A DNA stretch of 64,000 bases from Marsupella aquatica (taxonomy: Eukaryota; Plantae; Marchantiophyta): contig OZ316899.1 of assembly GCA_973895155.1 (NCBI GenBank), positions 11,407,675-11,471,674 of the forward strand, given 5' to 3'. Within the stretch, counting starts at the first letter, position 1; the number at the start of each line of letters is the position of its first letter. The notes beneath the pieces were generated by a model, which did no database searches, was not told the origin of the DNA, and saw nothing but the letters and a program-made list of their open reading frames with translations. A program made the translations under genes and the position numbers. Shown one piece after another: positions 26,755 to 38,931 of the stretch.

Positions 26755-27095
26755 CGGTTTCGGGTTAACCTAAGCTCAGCCACGGCTTAGCTTATGTGAG
26801 CACGGCTTCAACTTAGCTCAGGTCAGCACGGCTTTAGCTTAGCTCAGGTCAGCACAGCTTCAGCTTAGGCTTAACCCAGGTTTGGATTAGATTGATCCCG
26901 GGTTAGACTGAACTTGGGTTAGCCTAAACTCGGGCTCGGGTTAGCATAGGTAAGCTCGGGTTCGGGCTCAACTTAGCTTAGGTTAGCGGATAGCGGGTAG
27001 TGGCCTAACCCGAGATGACGGGTTAGCTCTACTCAGGTTAGATAGGATAGCTAGGTTAGCCAAACTTGGGTTAGCTATGTAACTCGGGTTAGCGC
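26755..27095. repeat. Degenerate minisatellite inside LTR-C
   Basis: ~26-bp unit GCACGGCTTCAACTTAGCTCAGGTCA about three times, plus many CGGGTTAG words. Confidence 0.7.
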
Positions 27096-27988
27096 AGTAG
27101 TGAGTACCCTCTCTCAGTTGCGAGGGCATAACTCTCTGTGTATTTGACCAAATTGGCTATAATTGACCTCTTTGGAAAGAGGAGCTCAAGCCGCTTCCAA
27201 CGCTGCTATCTACACAGCAGATGGTTGAATAGAGAAATCGTGAGAGGAGGCGCAAGCTCGCAAAAACTATGGAGGAGGGCCAAATCCGAAGTACATACTA
27301 GCCAATTCGAGATAGAATAAAGCTGCAAGTTAGGGTTTGGTAGTTAGAATAGTGGTGGCTTTGTTAGAGCTGGGATGGGACTCCAGCAGCGTAGCATCCA
27401 CCCATTTGGGCTCAATGTGAGAGTATATAGAGCAGCCCCCCGGTAGAGGCAAGACCGGGAGGGGGACTTCAGTTGTGTGATCTCACGTAGACTGAGCAGC
27501 AGGGAGGAGCTCTGTGCAAGGAAGGCTAGGCTTGGAAGCTGTGTGTTGGGGTGAGCTTGGTTGTGCTATACTCAGGGAGTGATCAACCACGCTTCACAAC
27601 AACAGTTGGCCAGGTTTGCAAGTTGGATTGTGGCTCTTTCTAGTAGGCAACACAACTGGGTTCTTTTCCCCCGATACAAAGCCTTGGTGATAGGTGATGT
27701 GTTGGTGATTGTAAAATGTGGGGAGGATTTCAATGTGATTTGCGGTGAGCACATTAGGGAGGTTGAGATACTGATTGAGGGGCAGCAGGAGAAGCATTTC
27801 TAGTTTAGTCTGGCAAGGCTACGTGATCCATGGGGAGTCTTGGCCTTTGTCTGGTAGAGAGCACTAAGGGATTTATGGCCAGAGCTGAGCTGGCAGGGCA
27901 AGTGTGAGGCTGGGCCTCATTGTAGTCTCGCCGTTAGGCCTGGTACTAGCTTTTAAGTCGAGTCAACTATGCATGCGTAACTTACCAT

Positions 27989-28339
27989 TGTCATGCCGAG
28001 GGACAATGCCTCTTGTGCACATCGGCATGTCCCTCGCATGCCTGCTAGGTATGTAGTTAGGGCTAGTGTACTACTTGAGTTAGTGTCATGTTCTTGTAGC
28101 GAGTCTGGGCCGTTCTTGAAGCAAAGGTGTTTGTTAGTGTGATGCCTGGACCCGGTCCTACTTAGGGCATGTTTTTCTTTGCCGTTTTTCTTGAATTGCT
28201 GTTGACAGAGCTCAAATAGTGCTCGTCGGTTCCGTTCACGGGATTCACACAGTGATTCATTAGATGCTCCCGGCCGATCTTGGCATCCCGCCGGTTTTCG
28301 ATTCAATTTCAGTACGATTGTTTCTCTTACGCCTTTTAT
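27989..28339 (+). repeat. Terminal repeat A1
   Basis: Direct repeat of 37392-37748. Confidence 0.92.
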
Positions 28340-28351
28340 TCAAGAAGAACT
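28340..28351 (+). other. Putative self-priming primer-binding site
   Basis: ATTCAAGAAGAACT (28338-28351) is the exact reverse complement of AGTTCTTCTTGAAT in repeat A2 (37593-37606). No TGG-type tRNA PBS is present here. Confidence 0.6.
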
Positions 28352-31300
28352 CGTCGAGATAGTGGTGAGGGGAAGAGGATTGCTTGTGACGATTTTGACA
28401 ATTTTTGGTGAAGCCATTGCAATTTCTTTGACGAACATCGGAGTGACGAGTTAAAAGTTATGGGTTTATTGTGGTGTTATGTGTATACTTAAGTGTATAC
28501 ACATAACAAGGGGCCCCAATTTTTTTCCCAGCCGCAACCTTCTTTGTGACCTACATCGGCGACTTGCTGCCGACTGCACAGGCCGTTGCGCCCTCACTCG
28601 CGTTTTTAAGACCCTTTGGGAGTTTGGGGCCCCTTTTTCGTTAGTTTTTATGGCCATTTCCCGGCCATGGCTGTCGCGCGACCACCACCGGACTGCCTCG
28701 GCCATTGCGCGCGACTACTTCCCAACTGCATAGGGCCGCACGCCCCTTTTCTTTATGCCTTTCTTACTCTTTTGCCTCGTTGCCTCACTATTCCTTCTTT
28801 TTGCTTCCTGTCGTGGCCAAGCATAAGCGAGAGAGGATGGAGGACACGAGGCCCTATGGCAAATTAAGAGGAGGGGAGGGGAGTACACATTAAAGTAGGG
28901 GGAGTCTCCTACAGGGCACAAAGCAGCATTAAAGCAGGGGGAGACGGAACCAAGGCAGGAGCGCAAGGAGAGGGCACGAGGCCCTATGAAGATTTAAAGA
29001 GGGAGGGGGAGTTAACATCGACCCCCTTCAGGAGTCCTTCTGTAGGGCACGGAGCCCACTGTCAACATTGAAGAGGGGGGGAGTACACTTGACTCCTCTC
29101 ACGAGAGTCTTTTGCCAGGGCACGAGGCCCAAATTGCATTGAAGGAGAGGAGGGGGGGAGTTTGTAGCCCCTTTTTGGGAGCACATAAGGTGGGGCACGA
29201 AGCCCTATGGAGGGCTCATGCCATTAAGAGGGCCCGGTTTCTTTTGCCCCACCTCGCGATGGCTTTTCTCCTCTTTCCGGCCACCTGCGAGCCTGCCTCG
29301 GCTAATTTCCCCTTTTTTGGCCTTTCTCGCTTTTTTGCCGCGCGACGATCGACCTGCTGCCAGTTCCTGGGTCCACATCGGGCCGATGTGTATACACTTA
29401 AGGGGGGCCCTTTCACGTGTTGTAGGGCCCATTTCTTTCCGTTTGCTCCTACCTTGTTCTCGATTATGTGCATAGGGCACCATGCCGGCCGGTCCTTCCG
29501 TGTTTGGGTCCACATAGGGGCCCGAGGTATACATTTTAGGGCCCTCTTTCACATTTTAGGGGCCCGTTTTCCTCGGATTCTTTTGCGGCCGCTGACATCA
29601 GGTCATCTGCATACGGCTGCAGGTCCGGTGTATACACATCTGACGGTCAATTTGGCATATACATCAACAAACGCACAGGGGGCTAAATTTGCATTTTTAA
29701 GGGTACTTTTTCTCCGACGGTTTTTCAACGGTGATAGTTTTTCTGTGTGTTTACACATTTGCACCTTGTTGGTACATTTGGGATTGCAACACAGTATCTC
29801 AGCAGACGAGCCGGGAGGTAGCAGCACATCGTCACCAACACCCAAGTACCATTTACGGAGTGATCCACGACCATTGGTGCCAATTTCATTGGAGTCTCGG
29901 CAATTTTGACAACGTCCACAGATACCAGCGGCACCCACACCACGCAATCCTTCTGCTCAATTTGGCGGTCACTTCACCACTACTCCAAAGCCTGCTATCA
30001 CTTCATTGCCATTTACCCCTTCTGCATCCATGGTTGTTCCTGCTTCACCGACATACAACATGGACGCCAGCCACTCATCTGGCCGCATTGAACGCTTCAG
30101 CGGGCGGCCAGGCACTGTTTCTTTGCGTGAGTTCAAATCCACTTTCTACACTGTCATTTACGAATTGGAGTTGAAGTATGGCAGCAATTTCACAAATGCT
30201 TTTGCATTTAAACAGCTAGCCAGGTATGTGCACCACGAGGCTTTGGATGTGTATGAGCAGCACTCTCAACGGCTGCTTGTGTCACACAATTGCCTAACCC
30301 TGTCTATGCCACTGCAATTGCGGTTGCCTCACAACTGGCATTACAGAATGCCATTGTAGCCCATGCTGCTGCTCCTGCCACTTCCCCTCCTACTCCAGTT
30401 CCCACCACTGCACCAGTTACTTCCACTGTCTTGGCACAGGCTACATCAGGTATTTCTCCCACCATTGATTCCCCTGCCTTTGCTGATCCAGTGGCTGAGT
30501 TTTCCCAGGTTCTTGAATTGGAATTCCCAATCAAGAGTGCTGACAAAATCATGCAGTTGGCCACCTTTGTGAGGCAGCGTGATGAAACATTGAAGATGAT
30601 GTATTGCCAGCTTCTCAAGCGGAAGGAGGACACCCAGAGCATCACTGACCTGGAGGCTGCTCATCACTATCTTCATGCATTGGAGGGCACACCAGCTCTC
30701 CATTTGCAAGTGTTGCAGCAAGTATTCTTAGAGTTTGGATACAGCTACACACTGCTCAATGTCTATGACACTACTGAGAAACTTGAGTTGGCCCATGCAC
30801 ATTATGAGGCCAGTATTGCGCGTCCATCGCGATCCAGGTACCAGGCTGCTGCCCCTACACTGGCCACTCCTTCCCATGTGCCACAATATGGTTCCAAGAC
30901 CAAGCCAGCACATGCTGCTTTCATGCTGCCATTTTGCAACTATTGTGGTAACCCTAATCACAAGGCTAATGAATGTGATATTGTTGCTGAGGACCTGTCT
31001 TGTGATTTTTGCGGGAAAGTGGGCCACTTGGAGGCAGTTTGTTTTGCCAAATTCCCAGAGAGGAAGCAACTACGTTAGCAGGCCACTCATCCTGCTCTTG
31101 TTTCCACTCCCCCACCAGCTAGGAGGGCTCCTACTGCATCAGTTGCTCCTCCTTCTAGTGGCAAAGCACCCGACGCTAACAAATTGCCCAAGCAGCAACA
31201 GAAGCAACTAGCTCAGAAGGAGGCTCACAACGCACAAGCAACTCAACTCCAGTCTCTGACTCATGAGGTTGAGTCCCTACGTGCCCAACTTGCCAACATC

Positions 31301-32911
31301 AAAGGCAAGTCAACTGCCTCTGTTGGTCCTTCTCAACCGGCTGGTCACGTGCAACCCATCCCTGGCCCAGGCACCACTGATAGTTCAGCACCTCTACCCC
31401 GCTCTTTTTATGGCTTGCCATTTGATGCTCATATGGGTGAGTGTGTGCTATCCTCTGCTACACAGCCTGGCCTTACCGCAGAATTTTCAGATTCATTATG
31501 CCCTTCCTATTTTGCTTACCATCAGGCCAGTGTTGCCTCCCGTACTGCTCCCACATGCCGCATTGTACAGGCTGATGGTCTTGCTGCCGGTCCTATAACT
31601 AGAGCCAGGGGAGCTCGGGCTGTCATGCCCCAATCGTTTCAATCGCTCACACTTGCTGAAGAGCACACCTTGTTGGCGAGGGGGGAGGGAGCTGCAGCTA
31701 CATCCATTCCACCACCAGGTGCTGCTGACATTTCACAGGGAGTTGTTTCTCCTGAGCTGCTTGAGCATTTCACCTCCGGTATGGCACAAAGGATTCTTAC
31801 AACTCCACTTTTCAGTTGCCATGATTTACAACTGGATGCTAGAGCTGTCATGAGAGCGCTAGAGGGCTCACTGCATTCTTCATCAGCCCTTGTGCCACCG
31901 GTTTTGGAGGTCCAATCTCATGTACATGCTGGATCTTCTTCTTCTCCATTACATGCTTCCACTGGTTTGGCTATCCCAGTACCAATTTCTTGTGGTAGAG
32001 ATGACAGTATTGCTGCAGATTGTGTGACCAGAGCTACACTTGATTCTGGTCATGCTGCTCCATCTTTCCTGGCTATGCTGTTGAGTGAGAAGACCGTGGA
32101 CACTAACTCCCTTCACAAGGTACCTCATCATTTGCCAAAAGTGGTGCCTAGTGACAGGACTTTAGTTTCCACCACCATTGCCATTGTTGACAACAGGAAT
32201 TAAGTGGTCAAGTTGGAGGGTCACACTCCTCAGGTGGTCATGCTAGACACAGGCGCTCAACCAGAGATATTGGGCATTCAGTTTGCCAAGAAGATGAGAC
32301 TGCTGATTGATCATTTACAACAATCCAGGTGGCACATTCGGACTGCTAGTGGCACTGTGGAGGATGTGCTGGGTGAGAGTTCTACTTTACTCACTCTCAC
32401 TTTTAATGGAGGTACAGATCAGGAATTGCATTTCCCAGTCAGATATTTGGTTACCAATGCCACTACGTATGATGTGCTCATTGGCCAGGAGGCTTTGTTC
32501 CCACCAGGTTTTACCATTGACAACTGGCATGAGCATGCGTACTACAGAGTTGATTGGCATACGGATGGCTCACACTTGGGCTACATTCCACTTGATTTGC
32601 ATGGTGCCCATACACCTATGGCTCACCACTGTGTGTTGAAAGCAGTGCACACAGCTACCTATGTCAACCACCCATTGCAGGATTGGATTGAGGAGGATGA
32701 TGATGAGGTGGCTACTGCACATGCTGCTGCACGTATAGCAACACTTTCCAGCAACGTGGATCATCAACCAGAGGTGGTACAACGGCTCCAAGCAGCCCAT
32801 GGACCTTTGGTGGCTGCATTGCGCAAATTTGAGGACCTTGGGCAGCACAATGGCCAACCAATAGCCCCAATCTTGAGCGCACCAGTTACATGGACTCCTC
32901 CTTCAAATGGC

Positions 32912-33850
32912 CTTACATTGCTTGAGATTTTTGGTGGCATTTCTATAGGCCTAGAAGCTCTCCTACAGTCTGGCATGGTGGTGAAGCAGTACATCTATGT
33001 GGATATTGATCCAGGTGCAAGGCAAGTGGTTGAATCTCGTCTGCTGGAATTTTCAAAGTGATTTCCCCAGCAGTTTCCACACAGTGCATGGAAGTCTGCA
33101 TTTTCTTTCTTCCCTCCAGATATCCAGCTTGTCTAGCACCGGCACTTAACCCTTCTTGGCTCCCTTGATTTGATCATAGCTGGTTGGGAATGCCAAGGGT
33201 TTTTAGCTGCTGGTCACGGTGCTGGACTGCATGATTCTCGTTATGGCCTTTTCACAACATTGGTTCAGGTTTTCACCTGGGCTCAATCTCTTTAATTACC
33301 CTGCTATTGGTTATATCATTGAGAATACTCCATCTCAATTTGACCAGCGTCCACAGGTCAAAGAGGATTCAGTGTGGTCCAGCACTACTTGGGACCACCC
33401 CTTCTCATTGATGCAGTGCACTGTGGTTCTTATGCACATCGTCTTCGTAAGTTTTGGACTAACCTTGCACCACCTTCCTTGCTGGAGTTAGCTCTTCACC
33501 ACACATCCAGGGACACTAACCTCACAGTGGACCAGATTTTGGATCCTGAAAATTCTTGCCAACCAGTTACACGGCAAGAGCCAGCACCTTGGTATCCAGC
33601 CAATACCATTGGACAGCCCCGTGCTGCTTGGCCTACATTTGTATCATTTCCAGGTGCACATGCCTTTCAGGGTGATGGTCTTGGCCTGGTTTATCAACAT
33701 TCTATCGGTACTTGGGATGAACCTAGTCCTGAGGAGAGAGAACGGGCTATGGGCTTCCAATTTGGTACTACAGGCCACACCCAAATCACCAGGCTGGTCA
33801 GGAATGCTTTACTTGGCAGGGTAATGGATCTTAATGCTCTCACTTGGCTT
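32912..33850 (+). other. C5 cytosine methyltransferase domain, DNMT3-like, within pol
   Basis: Motifs in canonical order: I LLEIFGGISIG; IV DLIIAGWECQGF (33164-33200); VI YIIENT; VIII SYAHRLRKFWTNL; IX EERERAMGF; X RNALLGRVM. Confidence 0.9.
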
Positions 33851-36800
33851 CTGGTCACTTGCATCCTTTTTCAGATGTACATTCATCCAGCATCTGGAGT
33901 TCCAGCTCTACCACTCCATGGTGCTGCTACATGGCATCCAGACCAGGTGCACTTACCTCTATTCAACACTCACCGCTGTAGTCCAAGTGTTGGGGGGGAG
34001 GAGGTCCCTTGTAACGTGGCTGACAATATTTCTGAGTTTCATGGTGTGGACCAACTCAGATCAGCAGGTACAACAGGCCTTGGAGAGGCCTCATCACCTT
34101 ATCAACAACATGCTAGCAGCTTGGACAGTGGAGAGGCTAGCACTTCTGGCTCTTCAAGCACGAGTACATCAGGTCCTATTCCTAGTGTTGCCAACTACAC
34201 ATTCATCATGGGCAACCACCTGAGTAAAAGACAGAAGGACCAGCTGCTGAATTTGCTCCTCAAGCATGAGAACGTGTTTGCTTTCTCTATGAAGGACTTG
34301 GGTAAGTGCAAGACTATGCAGTTCTCCATTGAGTTGGCTAATGAAACACCTATCTTCAGGCGGAGACACCGTTTGAGTAAGCATGAGTGGCAGCTGGTGG
34401 ATGAGAGGTGCCAAGAGCTCTATGAAGCTGCTCTTATTCAGCCATCTACATCAGATTTTGCAGCAGCTACAGTGATGCCAGCAAAGAAGGATTCCAGTGG
34501 ATTATGGACAGAGAAGCGCATGTGTGGGGACTACAGGCCACTGAACCTGGTCACACCCCAGGATAGGTACCCCATGCCACGGCCAGAGGAGCTATTTGAC
34601 AGCATTGGAGACTCAGACATCTTCACTCTTGTGGATCTAAGGCAAGGCTTTAACCAGATTTTGCTGCTTGCAAAGGACCGCAAGAAAACAGCTTTCCATG
34701 GTAGTAACCAACTATGGGAGTGGTTAGTGATGCCATTTGGCTTGAAGAATGCGCCCATATTCTTTCAAAGAGTCATGGACCAGGTTCTTCAAGGTGCTGA
34801 GTTTCTAAAATGCTACATTGATGATGTGTTGGTCCACAACAAAGGATTTGACCAGCATCTACTTGACCTTGAGGAGCTATTCATGAGGCTTAAGAAGGTG
34901 AACCTAAAGATACACCCCAAGAAGTGTGAATATGCTGTCAAATTAGTAGTATACCTTGGGCACCGCATTCTTCCAAATGGAACCATGGCTCACTAGGCCA
35001 AGGTGGTATCCATCTTGGAAATGCCCACTCCTACCGATGTTCACACTTTGAGGAGTTTTATTGGGTTGTGCAATTACTACCGGATCTACATCAAAGATTT
35101 CAGCACCATTGCACACCCATTGTATGCTTTGTTGAAAAAGAATGTGACTTGGACATTGAGTACAGATGCTGAGGCAGCATTTGCCACTTTGAAGGAGAAG
35201 CTCTTAGAATACCCGGTGCTGAGAAGACCTGATTTCAGCAAGGTCTTTGTGCTACACACAGATTAGAGTGCCCTTGGGATTGGTGCCATTTTTGGCCAGC
35301 ATGATGAGGAAGGTAAAGAGTACGTCATTGCCTATGCATCCAGGAGCAACAATCAGGCAGAGAGTCATTATTCTTTGTATGAGGGTGAATGCCTTGCTGT
35401 TGTGTGGGCTATCATACATTACAGGCCTACCTCTATGGGACCAGGTTTGTCCTCTACACCGACCACCAGCCCTTGAAGTGGTTGATGACCAACGACAAAC
35501 TTACTGGCAAGCTTGCTCGTTGGGCGCTCATACTCCAGGAGTATGATTTTGAGGTAATTCATAGGCCTGGTGTGACACATCAAAATGCTGACACTATGTC
35601 CCGCAGCCCTTTGATTGCCTTTGATGATTCCTTAGATGCACGGCAGGATTTTGACCAGGTTTCTATCCTGTCTACATTTCATGCATCTACCTATCTTGCT
35701 TTGCTGCCATGCTACGTTGTTGACCAACCTGTGGTGGACATATGGGAGGACAGCGACACTCTGAGATTTTTGCAGCATGGGGAGTACCCCATACATGTTA
35801 CTGCAACCCAGAGAGACCAAATTCAGCAAAGGTCCAAGCATTACTTGTGGAAGGGAGATCACCTCGTGCGTTGCTTGCCAGACAGGGAAGTGGTGGTTCC
35901 ACCCATTCATGAGAGGGTTGGCCTTATTCGTAAGGTACATTCTGAGCTTGGTCATTTTGGCGTTAAGAGGACTTACAGCCTCTTGGTCCCTCATTATCAT
36001 TGGAGAGGCATGCATGGCCAGGTTTGAGATGTTATTGCCCGGTGTGAACAGTGTGATAGGGTGAGGACTTCTTTCACATCTCGGCAACCCACACTTCATC
36101 CTATTTAGGGCATGTTTTATTGTTGGTCATGTGATTTGGCTGGAGAATTACCCCTCACGTCTTGGGGTAATCTCTACATTTATATCATGATAGAGCATTT
36201 CTCCAAGTGGATAGAACTTGTGGCATTGCCAGATAAGACCTCCCGTAGCACCAGCCAGGCATTCTTGCAACAAGTTCTCAGCCACTTTGGAGCTTGTGCA
36301 GAATGTCTTGCTGACCAGGGCTCAGAGTTTAGAGGAGAGTTCCAGGAGCTGCTTGATCAGGCCCTCATTGATCATCGCCGGACATCACGAGATCACCCAC
36401 AGGCAGATGGCTTGGCAGAGCGCATGGTTCAGACATGCAAGAAGGGCCTCCGAAAGATCTGCCTCACCAAAAACAAGGAGGATTGGGACCTGGCCTTACC
36501 CTACATTGCCATGGATGTCTAGACATGCATCATTGTCTAACTTTTCTCCCTACTTCTTGTTGTTTGGTCATCACCCAGTTCCACCTTTTGCTATTGCTGC
36601 TCACATGCTTCAGGTGGTGGACTTGGATTCAGCTGTGACTTGGTCTGCTGTGATCTCTAAGAGGGCTGCCCTATTCAGGAGGGTTATGCCCATGGCCATG
36701 GAGAATTTGGCCATTGCACAACACAAGGACACATTGCGTTATGCACACACACGAGGGAGCACTTTTCAGTCCAAGGTCAAGAAGTTTGATGTGGAAGATT

Positions 36801-37018
36801 TTGTGTACTTGCAGCGGCAAGCTAACGACACCCTGGACACCTCTACCACTCGTACTATTCTTAGGGTTAAAGCTATTTGACCGTCTGGAGTGCTAGAGTT
36901 ACAAGGGGCAGATGGGCGCACAATTGCTGACAATGCCAAGAATTGCGCCCCTTGTCATCTGCCTAACCTGGATCCCACCATTGTGACTTCTACCTGGATT
37001 CTACCTGTGGACTACCCT

Positions 37019-37153
37019 TGCAAAGTGTGTTTGCAAATTGATGATGCTGACCAGATGCTGCTGTGTGATAATTGCAATGGAGGATACCATCGTTTTTGCC
37101 TTCGGCCTGAACTTACCCAGGTGCCAGAAGGGTTATGGTTTTGCCCTTCCTGT
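37019..37153 (+). other. PHD finger (C4HC3) at the integrase C-terminus
   Basis: CKVC-x9-LLCDNCNGGYHRFCLRPELTQVPEGLWFCPSC. Confidence 0.93.
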
Positions 37154-37203
37154 GCTCCACATGCTACCTGACTTTTCTTCAGCCCTCCTTTTGGCTGTGG
37201 TCT

Positions 37204-37924
37204 GGGGGGGGGGGTACAAAGGTTTACACCTCCACTACGTACATACCACCTCAGTTGCTTTTTCTTGGCACTTGTGAATGTGATTGGACTTTTTCTAAGG
37301 ATGTTGGTTGCTAGCAGCTTGCACATATGCATTGCCGATGACTTGTATGTTTTCGATACACCATGGCTACGATACTATATGTCACGACAGTTTTCATGCT
37401 GAGGGACAGTGCCTCTTGTGCACATCGGCATGTCCCTCGCATGCCCGCTAGGTATGTAGTTAGGGCTAGTGTACTACTTGAGTTAGTGTCATGTTCTTGT
37501 AGCGAGTCTGGGCCATTCTTGAAGCAAAGGTGTTTGTTAGTGTGATGCCTGGACATGGTCCTACTTAGGGCATGTTTTTCTTTGCCATTTTTAGTTCTTC
37601 TTGAATCGCTATTGACAAAGCTCAGACAGTGCTCGTCGGTTCCTACACGGGATTCACACAGTGATTCGTTAGATGCTCCCGGCCGATCTTGGCATCCCGC
37701 TAGTTTTCAATTTGATTTCAGTACGATTGTTTCTCTTACGCCTTTTATATACAGAGGTTTACACCTCCACTACGTACATACCACCTCAGTTGCTTTTTCT
37801 TGACACTTGTGAATGTGATTGGACTTTTTCTAAGGATGTTGGTTGCTAGCAGCTTGCACATATGCATTGCCAATGACTTGTATGTTTTTGATACACTATG
37901 GCTACGATACTATATGTCACGACA
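37204..37924 (+). repeat. Polypurine tract (G11, 37204-37214) followed by repeats B1 (37215-37389), A2 (37392-37748) and B2 (37750-37924)
   Basis: B1 and B2 are near-identical 175-bp copies; A2 matches A1. Confidence 0.92.
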
Positions 37925-38931
37925 CCATTCTGAAATGGAGGTGTGAGTGTCGCGCCCCTAACCCGGGCCTTAAATCCGGTTTAGTTCCATGCGGCGACTT
38001 TGACCACCAGTAGGGGTGAGGGTTTGGGCAAGGAGGTGTGTAGTGGCCTTGATTGACCCTAAGTTGGGCTAAGGCAATATACTTACTGGTATAACACTCA
38101 CGCAACTCGGACTAGTCATAGGTATGTTTGTTTTCCACCGCTGGAATATCCCCACAGTTAGTGACTCGGACTAACTCCCGGCTTGGGGCTTTCAAGCCAT
38201 CGATGCGACAGAACCTTGTGACATGCAATGGGTGGCAATCCCTACCATTAGTCCGCACCCGGTACGTCCCTTGAAATAGCGCCTTTGCCCATACAAAGCA
38301 TACACACAACACCAGTTACTCGCAAAAACATTAGAGGGAAAAGACTATATTTACTCAATGAAGAATTAGTTTACATAGTTGACTCGACTTCTAAGGGGGT
38401 CAGCAGGCCTAACGGCAGTCAATGCCCAGTCTCTACGAGGCCCCACCCCGCACCTGCCCAACAAGCTTGACTCTGGCTCTCACTCCTTGGTGCGCTCTGA
38501 CCCTGCTTAGGCCGGGACTCCCCGTGCCTCGCCTTTCCTTACGCTGAGATAACTAAGCCTTCTCCCCCTTCCCACAGCGAAAGGGGAAGCCTAAATACTA
38601 CATTCGCGGAAAGGAACCGGGGGATACTACCTTCCGGGGTAATGCCTACTGACTAACTACCCTCTGACTAGCCGGCCGCACTCCTCTGACCGGTTGACCG
38701 TTGACGACAAGGGCGCTGACCGGAATGGCATTAGCTAAGTCTACTGACCAAAATCTAGTTGATGGTCTCTATCCTACGTTGGCTGATCCTAACTGATCTG
38801 CTCCTAATTCTTCCTATTGTGCCACTAATTGGCGCCTAGTGACAGCTATTCTGTCGTTACGCCTAACCAGAAGATGCCGCTGACTCAACCACCTTGCACG
38901 GCGCCTGCTTCCTCACTTTGCTAACCACCCC

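Larger units (their letters stand above)
30031..37171 (+). pseudogene. Gag-Pol polyprotein (gag, two Zn knuckles, aspartic protease, DNMT3-like, RT, RNase H, integrase, PHD); multiple stops and frameshifts
   Basis: CNYCGNPNHKANEC, CDFCGKVGHLEAVC, VMLDTGA, RMCGDYRPLN, MPFGLKNAP, YIDD, YTDHQPL, HSELGHFG, DQGSEF, HPQADGLAER. Confidence 0.92.
27989..37924 (+). mobile_element. Gypsy-type retrotransposon with DNMT3-like and PHD domains and split direct repeats (A1-ORF-B1-A2-B2)
   Basis: Ends TGTCATG...CACGACA; 4-bp TSD CCAT at 27985-27988 and 37925-37928; domain order gag-PR-DNMT-RT-RH-IN-PHD. Confidence 0.9.

Noticed and set aside
26755-27095. CRISPR array or interstitial telomere
   Set aside because: The units are degenerate and abutting with no unique spacers, and there is no run of TTTAGGG.
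29112-29909. 265-aa ORF in the leader of the DNMT element
   Set aside because: It has a non-ATG start and no recognisable motif; it is probably a chance ORF in GC-rich leader DNA.
27989-37924. DIRS/Ngaro tyrosine-recombinase retroelement
   Set aside because: It encodes an aspartic protease and a DDE integrase, has a TSD, and I saw no tyrosine-recombinase motif.
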